From Pseudovirgaria hyperparasitica (Eukaryota), in assembly GCA_010093815.1 (NCBI GenBank), contig ML996583.1: a stretch of DNA of 64,000 nt; one strand, written 5' to 3'. The notes under the pieces were generated by a model. The model was not told the DNA's origin, did no database searches, and saw only the letters and a program-made list of their open reading frames with translations. Below, one piece after another: positions 1 to 12,055 of this stretch (positions are counted from its first letter, which is position 1; the number at the start of each line of letters is the position of its first letter). Position numbers and translations under genes: made by a program.

Positions 1-209
1 GAGACACAGTCATTCATGACGCAGGCACTACACCGTGTGATTTTTGTGAGTGCAAAGTACAATAAAACACTTATTTTCAAAATCGCAAGATGCCGACCCG
101 CAAGATGCCAATTTCGCAAGATATACACAAAACAAGCCTTCCGAAAAGCGCCGGCGAGTTGAAACCGCTTGAACGCCCACATGTCCGTCAGGTGCCCCCA
201 AACAACTAC

Positions 210-2030
210 TTATTCCCATGGCAGACTAAACGTGCCCACCCAGTCCTCCACCTCCTGCCGCAGCTGCACAATATCAGTAACGTCCTCGCCCTCGCCCAGG
301 TACTCCTTGAACGCCGCCACGCTAGCGGGATTTTTCCGCCCCTTCTCCTCCGCCGCCTCACGCGCCTGCTTGTCCACCTTAACAGCAATAGTCACGGCGC
401 GGTCCACGATATCGGCAACGCGTCTGAAGTCGTCGGCCGTGAAACCACGTGTCGTCATGGCGGGCGTGCCCATGCGGAGACCGCCGGGCTTCATGGCGGA
501 CTTGTCTCCTGGCACGGTGTTCTTGTTGCTCGCGACGCCGACGAGTTCGAGCACGCGCTCCACACGGGCGCCGTCGATGCCGCGGTCTTTCAGGTCGATC
601 AGGACAAGGTGGTTGTCCGTGCCGCCGGAGACGATCGTGTAGCCTAGGCCGCCAGCGTCTTTGGAGTTGCCTAGACGTTCCGCAAGGGCGCGCGCATTCT
701 TGAGCACGGTGTTCTGGTACTCTTTGAATTCTGGGGCTTGTGCTTGTTGGAGGGCTACGGCGAGTGCGGTGATGGTGTGGTTGTGCGGGCCGCCCTGGTG
801 GCCGGGGAAGACAGACGCATTGATGGGACCTTCGAGATCGTAGAGGGTCTCGACGCCCTTCTTGTCGGTGCTACGCACGCCTTTGCGGAAGAAGATCATG
901 GCTCCGCGTGGACCGCGCAGAGATTTGTGCGTTGTGGTGGTGACAATGTCGGCTGTCGCGAACGGCGAGGGAATCACAGACGCAGCAACAAGCCCGGAGA
1001 TATGTGCCATATCAGCCAGGAGGTATGCACCGACCTTGTTGCTGATGCTCTTCATGCGGTCGTAGTCGATCAGGCGGCTGTATGCAGATGTCCCAGCGAC
1101 GATGATCTTGGGCCTGTACAGAATTGCCTGCTCTTCTAGCTTATCATAGTCTATCAGACCCGTCTTCTCGTCTAGCCTGTACGGGTACGTCTCAAAGTAC
1201 TTTGAGACCATCGAAATCTTCTTGGTCGGAGTCTGGTATCCATGCGACAAGTGGCCACCGTGCGGAAGGTCGAGAGACATGATTCGATCATGTGTGTTGA
1301 GGAGGGCGGAGTAGGCATAAAGGTTTGCGGGAGATCCGGAGAGAGCTTGAATAGACATCAGATACAAAGACCACCACGATCGCTTCGACAGAGGTATACG
1401 CACGCTGGACGTTGACACCCCATTGTTCAGGATTCAAGTGAAATGCCTGGAGGGCGCGTTGCTGGCATAGAATCTCTGCCTGGTCAATGAATTCGTTTCC
1501 GCCGTAGTATCTAGCTCCGGGGTACCCTTCCGAGTATTTATCTGTAGCAGAAGTCTTAGCTGCTTGCGAGATTGTGTCACACGTCGAGCATACTTTGCAT
1601 AACACTGCCGAGTGCATCCAAGACCGCCTGAGAGGTAAAGTTCTCCGAGGGTATCAGGTTTATAAAATGCTTCTGCCGCCGTTTTTCCTACGTGTAGCGT
1701 GTGAGTCAGTGCGAGATTGGAGACTGTCAATTCGCATACCTTCTGGATGATATCGTAGACGGCAGGATCGGCTTCCTCGAGACGAGACGACAGCAGCTGT
1801 CATGATGTTAGTCTGGTGTTCATATTGCAGTAATTGTAGAAATTAGGACTCGCCTTATGCTGGCTATCAGAGGAAACGGAGCTTGCCATGCCCCGCCATG
1901 TTTGCCGTTGAGCAAAAAGACGACCGACTGGGGCAATGGGGGCCTGGTAGAGACGAGGACGGGCAAGGAGGGATCGTGAGGCTCGGACGCTGTTCATGAT
2001 GGCTGCCATTGCTGTCGCTGTCGCTGTCAT
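210..2030 (-). CDS. SHM1: Serine hydroxymethyltransferase, mitochondrial-type; 5 exons (1854-2030, 1740-1796, 1594-1687, 1404-1541, 210-1345)
   Basis: Spliced translation gives SHMT motifs [38 protein letters not shown], the PLP-lysine motif [13 protein letters not shown] and [11 protein letters not shown]. The N-terminus is Arg-rich and acid-free like a presequence. The start could be 2030, 2009 or 1997. Confidence 0.95.
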
Positions 2031-3207
2031 AGCAGGAAATCCGCAGGAAGATTTGGGGTTTTCTTTGGCGATGACGGCGGCAATCGGCGGCCTTGTCTCT
2101 CAGGCTCCGACATGCAAACTCCGGCGGCGGAGGATCATGCGCTAAGGTCATATCGGGACTAGACCACCGTTAAGCGAGACCCGACTCTGGACAGTCTCGT
2201 TTCCTACTCATCCTTTCCTCACCCTTTTCGCTTTTCTCTTTTCTTCTTCACACAACTAATTCCAATATGATGAGATGGCTTCCACGACAGCTGCATCCTC
2301 TCGCCTTCACGGGTGAGGGTGCTGTTGACATGTTCCGGGCCCGCTTCACCACCTTTTGAGGAACAGTTTGAATTGACCTGATTGGAATCTTCCTGTTGTG
2401 TTCGTTCCTCGACATCTTGGGGGCATCGGAGGACATGGTCATGGACATGGACATTGACATGGTGTGGTACTCGTCGCCCGCGCTGCTCGACTTGCATTAT
2501 TCCTGCTACACATGCTATTCCTCGCGCTGGCTTTGTCTTTTTGCGGGCGCAATCATGTATGTTACGTTCAATTTAGTCCGTCTCTTCTTCACCTCCTCAT
2601 CCATCAACCGACGTGGACGCGCCCGTAGAGTTGACCAGCTGGCTGTACGTTTACGAGCACGCTCGTCTGTCGACGCATTAGCAGGGAGACATTTATGAGA
2701 ACAGCTTCTTGTTCGTTGATGACTTCCTCACAGCATGTCGGCAGCGTGCTATCATCGCTGTGGAGTGGCATATTTGTGCCTCGTAGCATCTATCCAGATG
2801 GCTTCCTTCATCCACGACCAGCGTTTGTCTCGGTGCTTCGTTCCAGCAGACACCATTCACGGTGCGCCGTCAATCAACACCACAGTTGCCAGGACATGGA
2901 CAGAGAATCTAGAGCGACTTGGCGCGTGTTCCTCTGGCGGATGCACCAGCACCAGCGCCGGCACGAGCAAACGGCCGTAAATCATGGTCGTTTTCGTTAT
3001 TCTTGGTATGTAGCGGATGTCCAGTGGTGCTGGATCGATCCCACGGTGCCGGATTCTTAGCCTTAACCAGTCTCCATAAGCAAAAGTGGTGGTGGTGGTG
3101 GTATTGGTAGGATAGTTGTGGACTTGTAGTGGTACCTTGGACCTTCCTTTCTGCACCTTCCTTTCTCAATAGCCGGAATCCTTTCCTGATCCTTCCACCG
3201 TCTCGTC

Positions 3208-3280
3208 GTGCATCTGCATCTGCATCTGCATCGGCACCTCCACATTCACATTCACCCTCACCCTCACCTTCACCTTCACT
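3208..3280. repeat. Compound hexamer microsatellite: (TGCATC)n followed by (TTCACA/TCACCC/TCACCT)n
   Basis: Directly visible tandem hexamers upstream of the ORF at 3797. Confidence 0.7.
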
Positions 3281-3423
3281 TGCATACCAGTATCCGCCAT
3301 TGACCCTCCTCCACCTTGCAACTATAAACTCACAACTATACACTTCACGTTCGGTCTGCCTCGCTCAATGCTCCGCTCGCAAAGCTTCCTCTCCTACCAG
3401 TCTCCACCAACACTTCAACCAAT

Positions 3424-3459
3424 ACCTTCGAGACCTTCGAGACCTTTGAGACCTTTGAG
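3424..3459. repeat. 9-bp tandem repeat ACCTTYGAG x4
   Basis: accttcgag accttcgag acctttgag acctttgag. Confidence 0.9.
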
Positions 3460-3796
3460 CTACATGACCTTCCTTACTCTCTCAGTCTAGAGCCGTTCGG
3501 CCCTCTTATCCTGCTGCACCTGCACGTCATTCGTAGAGAGACTTGTGACAACTAGGTATGTCTGCATCTATATACACTGATTCGGCATGCCTACGAAAAC
3601 GATTACACATCATTGGCCATTCACCCGTTCCCTGTATCCGCTTATTGCCACAAGGCGGCTGAGGCTTCCTGCGCTTGTTCGTCGAGGCGATCCACTGTAC
3701 CAGGGATTCACCGATCGTCTGGTAGCCGCGGTCTTTGTCGCTGATCATTAACGTGCCAATAATCCCATTAACTGACAATACTGCTAGGAATCCAGC

Positions 3797-5080
3797 ATGG
3801 CGGCTCCACCTGCGTCCAAGAGAGCCTCGCTTCGCCTCGCTCATATACCTCCACCACACCCTCTGGTCTCTCGTCAATCCAGTCCTGAGCTTGGCGATAC
3901 TTTCTTCCACCCGAGCCCTATCTCTCTATTCTCCGCTTCCGGAAGACCATTACGCAAAACTGCCGGAAAGAAGCCCATCCATCCTCAGTACGTAGACTCT
4001 ACTTCACTTGTCGACGACCTCGAAGGTTTTAGCGATATGGATCGAGACACTGAGTTGGACACCGTGACCTCCGATGAGGACGTTCGACCGCGCAAGACGG
4101 TGAAGAAAGCTTCAAGGAAGCGAAAGCGATCACCGTCTCCTCCACCAGCCCCACCGCTCTCTCCAATACATTCCGACGTCGATGAAGTGGATTCTAGCGA
4201 CAGCTACAGCCACTCAGATAGTCAACCTGTGACTCCGATTGATGCTCCCCCCATGCTTTCATTGACATTCAATGTCCCCAAAGGCTTCACAGGACCTTTT
4301 GTTGTACAATTGGATCCTAGCATGCTCATGAGTAATTCACCTTTCCCCTATGCGCGGAGCCTGGACACCCCATGCACCAAGGTCGCTCGCCATACTCAGA
4401 GCTCAAAACTGTCATCTGAATCACCGACTGGATTCATGACCTTGCCTCCAGAGCTGCGTAACAAGATATACCGCATGCTGTTCCTAGCCAAGGATGACTT
4501 CAAATTCTGGCACCCGGATAACTTCTGCCGATCCGCGACTTTTCTAAGCACCTGTAAGCAGATTCACCAGGAAGGCACAGGCATCCTTTACGGCGAGAAT
4601 ACGTTCTGCTTCGAACGAAGCCGTCATATGCGAGGACAGTACTGGTCTGCTCAACGCAAGGAGATTGGCTACAAGGATATGCGTCGCTTTCTGACGGATA
4701 TCGGGCCTCGTAACCTTGCTGCTATTCGCAAACTCTCCATCACCTTGGAAGACGCAAATCCTTCCTCGGCACCGCACGAGTACGACGCCGAATCCCGCCG
4801 CTTCGTGCATGACGAGCATCTCTTTGAGTGTCTTCGCCAGCTTGCTCGAGGTGCTCAATTGAAATGGCTTCGTCTCTCGTTTCAGGGACGCAGACGTGTC
4901 GGCATGGGCGACCATCAGTTTGTGGGCATCTTGAAGACAATTAGGACCGACAAACTCGACATCACGCCCAACCCACGCTACTCATACCATTCCTCGTTCT
5001 CGAAGATCGACTTCAGCCTCGAACTGAGCCTGAAACGCAGACTTGTCCGCAAAGAAAAGCTGTACGAGAATGCCAACTGA
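3797..5080 (+). CDS. Fungal hypothetical protein with F-box-like motif, 427 aa
   Basis: Long ATG-initiated ORF. The N-terminus is acidic and Pro/Ser-rich with a basic NLS-like KKASRKRKRS. It is followed by GFMTLPPELRNKIYRMLF...FLSTCKQIHQEGTGILYGENTF, a pattern common in fungal F-box-like hypothetical proteins. Confidence 0.8.
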   Translation: MAAPPASKRASLRLAHIPPPHPLVSRQSSPELGDTFFHPSPISLFSASGRPLRKTAGKKPIHPQYVDSTSLVDDLEGFSDMDRDTELDTVTSDEDVRPRKTVKKASRKRKRSPSPPPAPPLSPIHSDVDEVDSSDSYSHSDSQPVTPIDAPPMLSLTFNVPKGFTGPFVVQLDPSMLMSNSPFPYARSLDTPCTKVARHTQSSKLSSESPTGFMTLPPELRNKIYRMLFLAKDDFKFWHPDNFCRSATFLSTCKQIHQEGTGILYGENTFCFERSRHMRGQYWSAQRKEIGYKDMRRFLTDIGPRNLAAIRKLSITLEDANPSSAPHEYDAESRRFVHDEHLFECLRQLARGAQLKWLRLSFQGRRRVGMGDHQFVGILKTIRTDKLDITPNPRYSYHSSFSKIDFSLELSLKRRLVRKEKLYENAN

Positions 5081-8000
5081 AAGACGTCATTCATGTGAAT
5101 TACATTGTAGTCTCTCCCCAACACTCAGTAACATTCTTGACGGAGCTAGAATGCATATTGACGTGGACAATGGGTGTCACTCGGCATCCTTCACCTCTCT
5201 TCTTTTGGCGTCTGCGGACTTGACATTATAGAGGGTATACCTTTGGCTTTCATCTTTAGGGCGGAGTTCACGGTCTCACTGAAGACAGTGTGTCGACTCA
5301 ACATATGTATTTGGTGCATGATAAAGGATCATGTTAGCATTGGCGTTCGGGTGTCGATTTAAGGCGGTACATTAGGATGGCATCTCACGGCGTACTGACA
5401 CGGTCCAGGTGTGGAGCCGGAAAAATAAGTCATTGTATCGACTGACTGAGGAGCATAGCTAGCAATGGGAGATTCCACTCTGTGGCCAGCACAAGACCCA
5501 AGAACGAAGGAAATGAAGATTCTCAGTCGATTGTAGCATAGGTAGCAGTAGCTCAACATGTGGCATATCAAGACCTTTAAGGTGTCTTTTAGGTTCTTGT
5601 GGCTTTGACCGTCGTTCGACTGACCTCTTTGCCGACGTATGTGTATGCCAGTGTGTTGATCATACGGCCCGAGTGCTCACCTACAAGACTTACGAGACCT
5701 GACAATCGATTCGTCGACCGCGTGCCTAGTCCTGGTCACGCTTTCTACATGTCATACCTTTCCAAGTCTTCCAGACAGCCATGTCTGGCGTCTGTGGGGA
5801 TTGTCCCGTCGGCTATTGGAGTCTGTGTGTCTATGCCGTCTAGCTACAGGTATACAAGCATACAGTACCAGGAACACACACACATATATATGCACAGTTC
5901 TGCTGTGCTTCTGACCCGTACAAACAAACGCATATTCTATCATCGTAATCATCACTTCGTAGCTATTCCTGCCCCTGTACGTGTCCAACTAGATCAAGCA
6001 AGGAAGAATGCTCATTGGCTTTGGAGCTGTGTAGACGGCGTGGCGGCGTGGTCGTGGTGGGTATTTGGAGATTGGGTTATGAGTGATGAGATGTGATGAG
6101 ATTTAGGTATAGTTAGGTATAGATACAGGTACGGTATAATCGACGGATCGTATACGATGCTGGGCTGCGTTGTGTATGTAGTACGTATGGTGGATAGTTT
6201 GGGTTGGATCACGGGTATGCGAATGTCGAGTACGGTTCTGAATATCGAGTCAATGTAATGAAATGGTAGTGCAAAAAGTAATCTTGACTACCACTGGGAT
6301 AAATGGCGACGAGTAAATACCCTTTTCGGGCGTTGGAGTGTGAAGGACGATGGTTTGGCTGATGACTTGCTTCTGCGCATTATACCACTTTACTTGGATA
6401 AGTCTTTACGGATCCTATCACCACAGTCAAAAAGCGCAACCTGGTTCTGTCGATGGATGGATAGATGTGAGCAGTATTTATCCATTGATCGATCTCAGCA
6501 TGAGCACAGAGCAACTGTTCCGTCCATCAGACTACTCCGTACGCGACAAGAGGCTTCGTTTCTACGCCCAGCTCTTGCGAGAACGCCGTATTCAGCTCAT
6601 TTGCTCATACTCTAAAAGAGCTGGTAAGATCAAGGGGAATACCCCTGAAGATCCTCGAAAACCCCGGATGAGTGGGCTTACTGGAAAGCGTGAAGCATGT
6701 TCCTGTCGTCGCTTTTGGGCACGAAGGTCCAGATGTTACGGTAGAAAGCAAGCCAGCACCATAATCTCAGCGTGGAATTGTGCGTTCAGTGGGAACACAG
6801 AGTCCAGTACGGCTTCTGGTCGATCTACATTATCCTCGTGCATGGATGTGTCTGTTGAGAGTGTTCTCCTGGATCGACAGCTCCTGGCAGAATCCTGTCT
6901 GCATTGTGCGTCCTTCAAAGACAAACCATGGACAACCTTGGAAAGTCATGAAGGGAGGCAGTGAGTCACTTGAGAGAAAGACCGGTAGTTGCCCATGGGA
7001 CTTGCGCGCTGGGGACACGTTGCTTGGGAGGTCTGAGCGACATGCCGGGAAAAATGGTTGGTGCGGTGCGTACGAACGAACCATGACGTCAAGGTGAGTC
7101 GATGAGTGAGAAGATGAATTGATGAGGTGGTCGATGCGTAAGTACTCAGGTCCACTACAGTATATCAGTATGAATGTCACCAGTGATGAACGCACACCAC
7201 CAAGGGTGGCATCTATGGGGAACGTCTGTTGATCGCGGGGTTGGCCGATATCCGCCTATCTTGGCATGCAGACGAGAGTGTGTGCGTGCAGTCTTGCGCG
7301 ATATTTTACGACGGTTGTTTCCGCTATATCATCTATACAGTATATTCGAAATTCTGGTAGGCTCAGATGGACAGAAGATGCAGTGATCATGGTGTAATAT
7401 GACTATGACCAGGTATTGATCATTGCGAGGGGTATGTTTCATGGTACTCATTCGTAGCTGTCAGGGAGTCGGACACAGACGTGGTCAGACCATTAGATCC
7501 TTTTGTAGCCGTGGAATTTTTTCGAGCCCACATAATCAGAATCTGGGTCAAGGTTGATTCTAAAAAAAGAACGGGAAGTCACAACGAGGATGCCCTACAC
7601 GGTCCGTACTATACCTCACTAGGTATGTCGAGTAGGTAGTGGATGGCAAAAGCTGTGCTGGCTATTCATCGGGTTGCGGTTTCAGATCGGTGTGTTTCGC
7701 AACGAGAGATGATCTGACTTCTCACCAGACAGGACCGATTAGGACAGGACTGGAGATTTGGTAGGAGTGTATTATTACTGCTGATGATGTGATATGTTGC
7801 ATGATCTATAAAGACTGCGGCGTGGTTGTGGCCAGTAGACCTCGTATCCTCGGAAGATCGTCGTATACGAGACCGAAGTGACAGGGAAATGTCATCACAT
7901 GGATAGCTAGTATTATCATTGTCAGTTCAATGCTGAGTAAATGGTAGATACACGCATCTCGACAACGTTAGAGTGTGAAAAAGAGATGGCGAGAAGTTTT

Positions 8001-11000
8001 GTTGGCGTGTGACCGCCCTGGTGCGAGGTGTATGTAAGGTTATATCGCCGTCGCACGGCTAACGAAGGTCAGGCAGTACCACCGTCTTGCGACGATTGCA
8101 TTACTTTGGTACGACCAAGTGTAGCTCTGGCACTTGTACTCAAAATGCAGGATTAGTACGAGGATAGTCTGCAGTAGCAGAATCGCTTTGAGATGCCTCC
8201 AAATCATCTCATGATGTTTGATGATGATGATGACGATGATTATGAGTAGACCATGGATGCAAGGGGCCCTACCATGCAATAAGAACCACACAGTAGGCGA
8301 TATCGGCATCGGCATCGGCAACGTTGGAGAGCAAGAAGTTGGAATGTTGGAGTAATTAACCTGGAATGAATGATTACAGTAATGGAGAGGAGCGGCCGAT
8401 CATGCCGCTTCGTGCGGAATATCCATTAGTGCCAAGCCAGCCGCGGCAAGTGAAAGTGCTTGGCCTACCTTAATAATGCCCTCACGTTTGCCCCGACGAT
8501 ACGGCTGTCTCAGATAGGCCGAGGGGTGGGTTTGTGATTCGTAGAGCGGGGATTTATCGTTTTCGTATTGGCATTTGATTTGATCGCAACATGTATGAGC
8601 ATCTGATCTTCAGCTGGCGGCCTGTCTGCCCGCACAATGGGCATCGGTTGGTGCAAAATCGATCTCGGCCGACCAAATACGAAGGGGATTCTGTGGCGTT
8701 GGCAGCCAGGTCTCGCCAAACTGTTCCCTCGTGTCAGCTATTAAGGTAAGAGGCTTAACTGGAATTCAGGAGCCTTGGCAGAGCCTTGGAATATGTTGGT
8801 CGAATTGTATATAAGTAGTGCAAGCCATGGATCGGAGGCGGTAGCAGTTGTGTAGTCTTGGAGAGCCGGGGGGCCCGTAGCCTGATGAGAAGACACAAAT
8901 CGAGCCATGCCCACCACCCACTACGAATTGCGTGGACTCGTGTGGAGAAGACCGGCACTGAAAATACGGGCAGGCATTAAGGCCAGGTTGCAGTTGTGGG
9001 GAGATCGGACAGTGAGAGTGTTGAGAGTGCATGTTGGAATATGCTTAAGAGCTTATCTGGTACCCTGTGCTGTTCCGCTTATTAGTTGATGAGACGGCCC
9101 CAAAAAAGCCGGTCGTGGGTTTTAAGCTACCCGCCAACCTTAAAAGAAGGTCGGTCCGACACAGTCATGATCCTGGTAGCGAGTTCCAAGTGATCATGTT
9201 CCAAGCCCTTGCTATGGCTGCTTCAAGCTTAGGTCAAGCCCGAGTCCGTGTACTACACAAAGTACTACGTACTGGTGATGGCAAGCTGACGATGCTTGCG
9301 AACGCTCCATGAGCTGCCGTACTCCTCCAAGATTTGTATGTCAATGTAATGCCAGCTTATGATGACGCGGCCGGTAGATGGATGCTCATATCCCCACTCG
9401 AACGACCAGGCAGCTTGAAGCTTGAAGAGACTTGCGATGGGGGATCGCGATGGATCAAAGCGGATCATGTCGCTGACACTTACGAGAAGGCAGGACGCAA
9501 AGTGGAGCTTGGCCTCGAAATCTCTGCCAGAGGCTTGCAACTTGCGTAGACCTCAACGGAGCACGAGACCAAAGGAGGTTAAGGCTTGTCACGTACACGT
9601 CTACCAAGATAGCTTGGGATCTTGATCTTGTGGGGACGACGACGCGTAGAGTGTTGATGAATGATCGAGACTGACCTTGTCACCTCAGATGGCTGACTCG
9701 TTCTCTGGGACCTCCGTATTGTGGTTGGAGAAATTAAGCATCGTGTGCTTATCTGCGGGAGGCCTACGGCACCTTGTGCGTCGTCGCAACGTTAAGTGGT
9801 GCTGTGGAGCCAAGCGAACACCTTCCCATTACTTTACCTCGATTCTCACATTCTAGAAGAAGGCGATGCTGTTTAGCATTTGGCGATGGGGTAGATGGTG
9901 ATAAGTCTTTGCAAGCATGACCCGTCAAGATTGTTGAGAGCAGCAATATCATAGCCACAACATGGGCGGTGTATGGTTATTATGGTAGCTTGGCTTGCTG
10001 ACATGGATATCTTGGATGCGCTCGGCCCGTTCGACTGTGACAGACAGGCGTTGTTCTGGCTACTCCGCCCCAGTATGTCTAGGCAGCAGGTTGCTGGACA
10101 CGGCAGAAGTATCATCGGAAAATGACAGTATCAGTTCCGCTGCAATGGGTGGGACGAGCGAATTACGGGAGTAGGAATGAATTAGGTCAATATGGTGGTA
10201 ATGTGGCATTCTCCATGGGCGAATGGTCTCTTTGCCCAGGACTTGGCTCGGGGGCGTTAGCATAGTGCCAAGAGCAACGAAGGCTTGTGTATGATATTAG
10301 AGATCAGGATATCTTGGAAGCGTCCGTTTAGAGTTATGAGGTTGCGAAGCAGTGAGCACTAGCAGACGCCGCCTTACCACGGTTGCTCTCGCTTCTAAGC
10401 TTGATGCCCGTTATATGAAAGACTTATAAATGTTCATGTTGGAAGCTACTCTGCCATACACCTCGAGCCCCCCCCAAACGGTCGTCCTGACTCTCTTACA
10501 TATTGCGTCTCTTACTCAACATGCACAGAATCTCATGCTTCCAGCAAAGCGCTAATGTATCTATTATATCAGAAAAGGGTACAAGGAGTAGCAGGAGGTT
10601 GCTAGTGAATAAAACCTGTCCCTGTGTGCCGTCTGGTAACGCACATTCCTTTTAGCAGCCTCGCACGGTGCATATGATTAGTCTCTGTATCCCTTATTGC
10701 CCTAATTGCTTTGCCGGGATATCTACGCTGTGCCGTACAGATACCGTCAGATCTGTTCACGGGAACAGGCGCAGTCCAGGGAGCAGTTTAACAGGGGGAG
10801 GCGAGGACCAGAAAGGAGGCGTACAGGAGAGAGTCATGACAGGCTTGTAACAGTAACAGTGTCTTCGACTCTTGAGGATGCAACGGTGAGATAATGCCGA
10901 CAGAAAGCTTGTCCCGAGCTTTTCGCGAATGCGCAAGTGTGTTTGTTAGGTGATCCATCGATATGGGTGCCGCTTGGCGCTGAGAAAGCCGGAGACGGAC

Positions 11001-11108
11001 AAAAGCCAAGCCACCAGAAGCTACGACAAGCGTCCCCTCCCAAACTCACACACCTCACCCCCCCCCCTCCCTCTCTCTCTCACGGCCCCCCTTACTTACC
11101 ACCTTAGC

Positions 11109-11190
11109 AGCCCCGAAGCCCCCAAAAACTGCCCAAGCCGTAAGCCCCAAAGCCCCCCAAAGCCCCAAAGCCCCCAAAGCCCTAAAGCCC
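11109..11190. repeat. Degenerate AAAGCCCC(C) minisatellite upstream of the Pac2-type gene
   Basis: About 8 degenerate copies, e.g. aagccccaaagccccccaaagccccaaagcccccaaagccctaaagccc. Confidence 0.7.
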
Positions 11191-12055
11191 ACCAGCCGTC
11201 CACAAGCTTCAAAGGGGATGTGAGGGGAGGGGTCCTCCGTTAGGTAAGTCGAGTCAGGTCCTAACTATTATTATTACTATATACGAGCAACATGCCGGCA
11301 CGCACTACTCTTCCCTTCTGAAAATTGCTATTACACTCTCTTGCGGCGCTGTTCGGCTTCGATTACTCCAGGGCTGACGTTCAAAAAAGCTTCTCGTCAA
11401 TGTGTCCTGCGATTCGTCCGTCTCGTTTTCTATATTTGTTCTAGCAACTACAGCCTCGCACTGCTTCAATTCCAAGCTTCCCATATTCTTGCACACTAAA
11501 ATCGCATACGACGCATCCGCTTGAGCCAACAATACCAACGCCCAACGAAAACACTGGGTTTCACTCCTCCGTTGTGTTAAAGAGCAGTGGGACTTTTCAG
11601 GGCCCTGTCATATCTTCACTCGCGTGTTTGAAGCGTGGAGCTGCGTCGTTGTCCAAATCAACTTTACTCGTACTGCGCCGCCATAACCAATAAATACACC
11701 ACAACGTCTTCTCTATTTTTATTTAGACTCGTCAGTCTTCAGCTGCGATCGGCTTAGTCATATAACTTTCAGGCCGGTAGGTAACCATTGCACGGCTTTT
11801 CCTATTACCTTTTCTCCGCCCTTCACATACCCAGCTCCGAACCGTCTTCTTTACCGCCCGCACTACGCAGTCGAAGTTGCCCCAAACATCGAAACACAGT
11901 CTCTATCATATCGATCCTACTGTGCTCCATTCATCTCAGCTTCAAGCATTCTCACACCCTCCTCAAGACTTTCCACGCCTGTTAACACTATAACTTGCGC
12001 AGAGCTTCTGTAACCGTCCTTTCGGTCGACGCGCCGCACGCGTACCACTTTTCAA

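Noticed and set aside
90..1139. Long + strand ORFs antisense to SHMT (likewise those antisense to other genes, e.g. 37962-38803 and 62155-62751)
   Set aside because: These are shadow ORFs produced by GC-rich codon bias of the real gene on the opposite strand.
2219..3449. Cluster of short overlapping ORFs between SHMT and the F-box-like gene
   Set aside because: The ORFs are driven by microsatellites (MSMSMS, ASASAS, EGEGEG) and have no protein-like motifs.
6300..7100. Possible small spliced gene (ORFs 6340-6615 and 6350-6964 with GTGAGC/GTAAGA donor-like sites)
   Set aside because: There is no recognisable domain and no consistent exon chain. BLASTX or RNA-seq is needed.
9067..9625. Short ORFs that might be a pseudogene relic
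   Set aside because: I could not recognise a family, and there are frequent stops in all frames.
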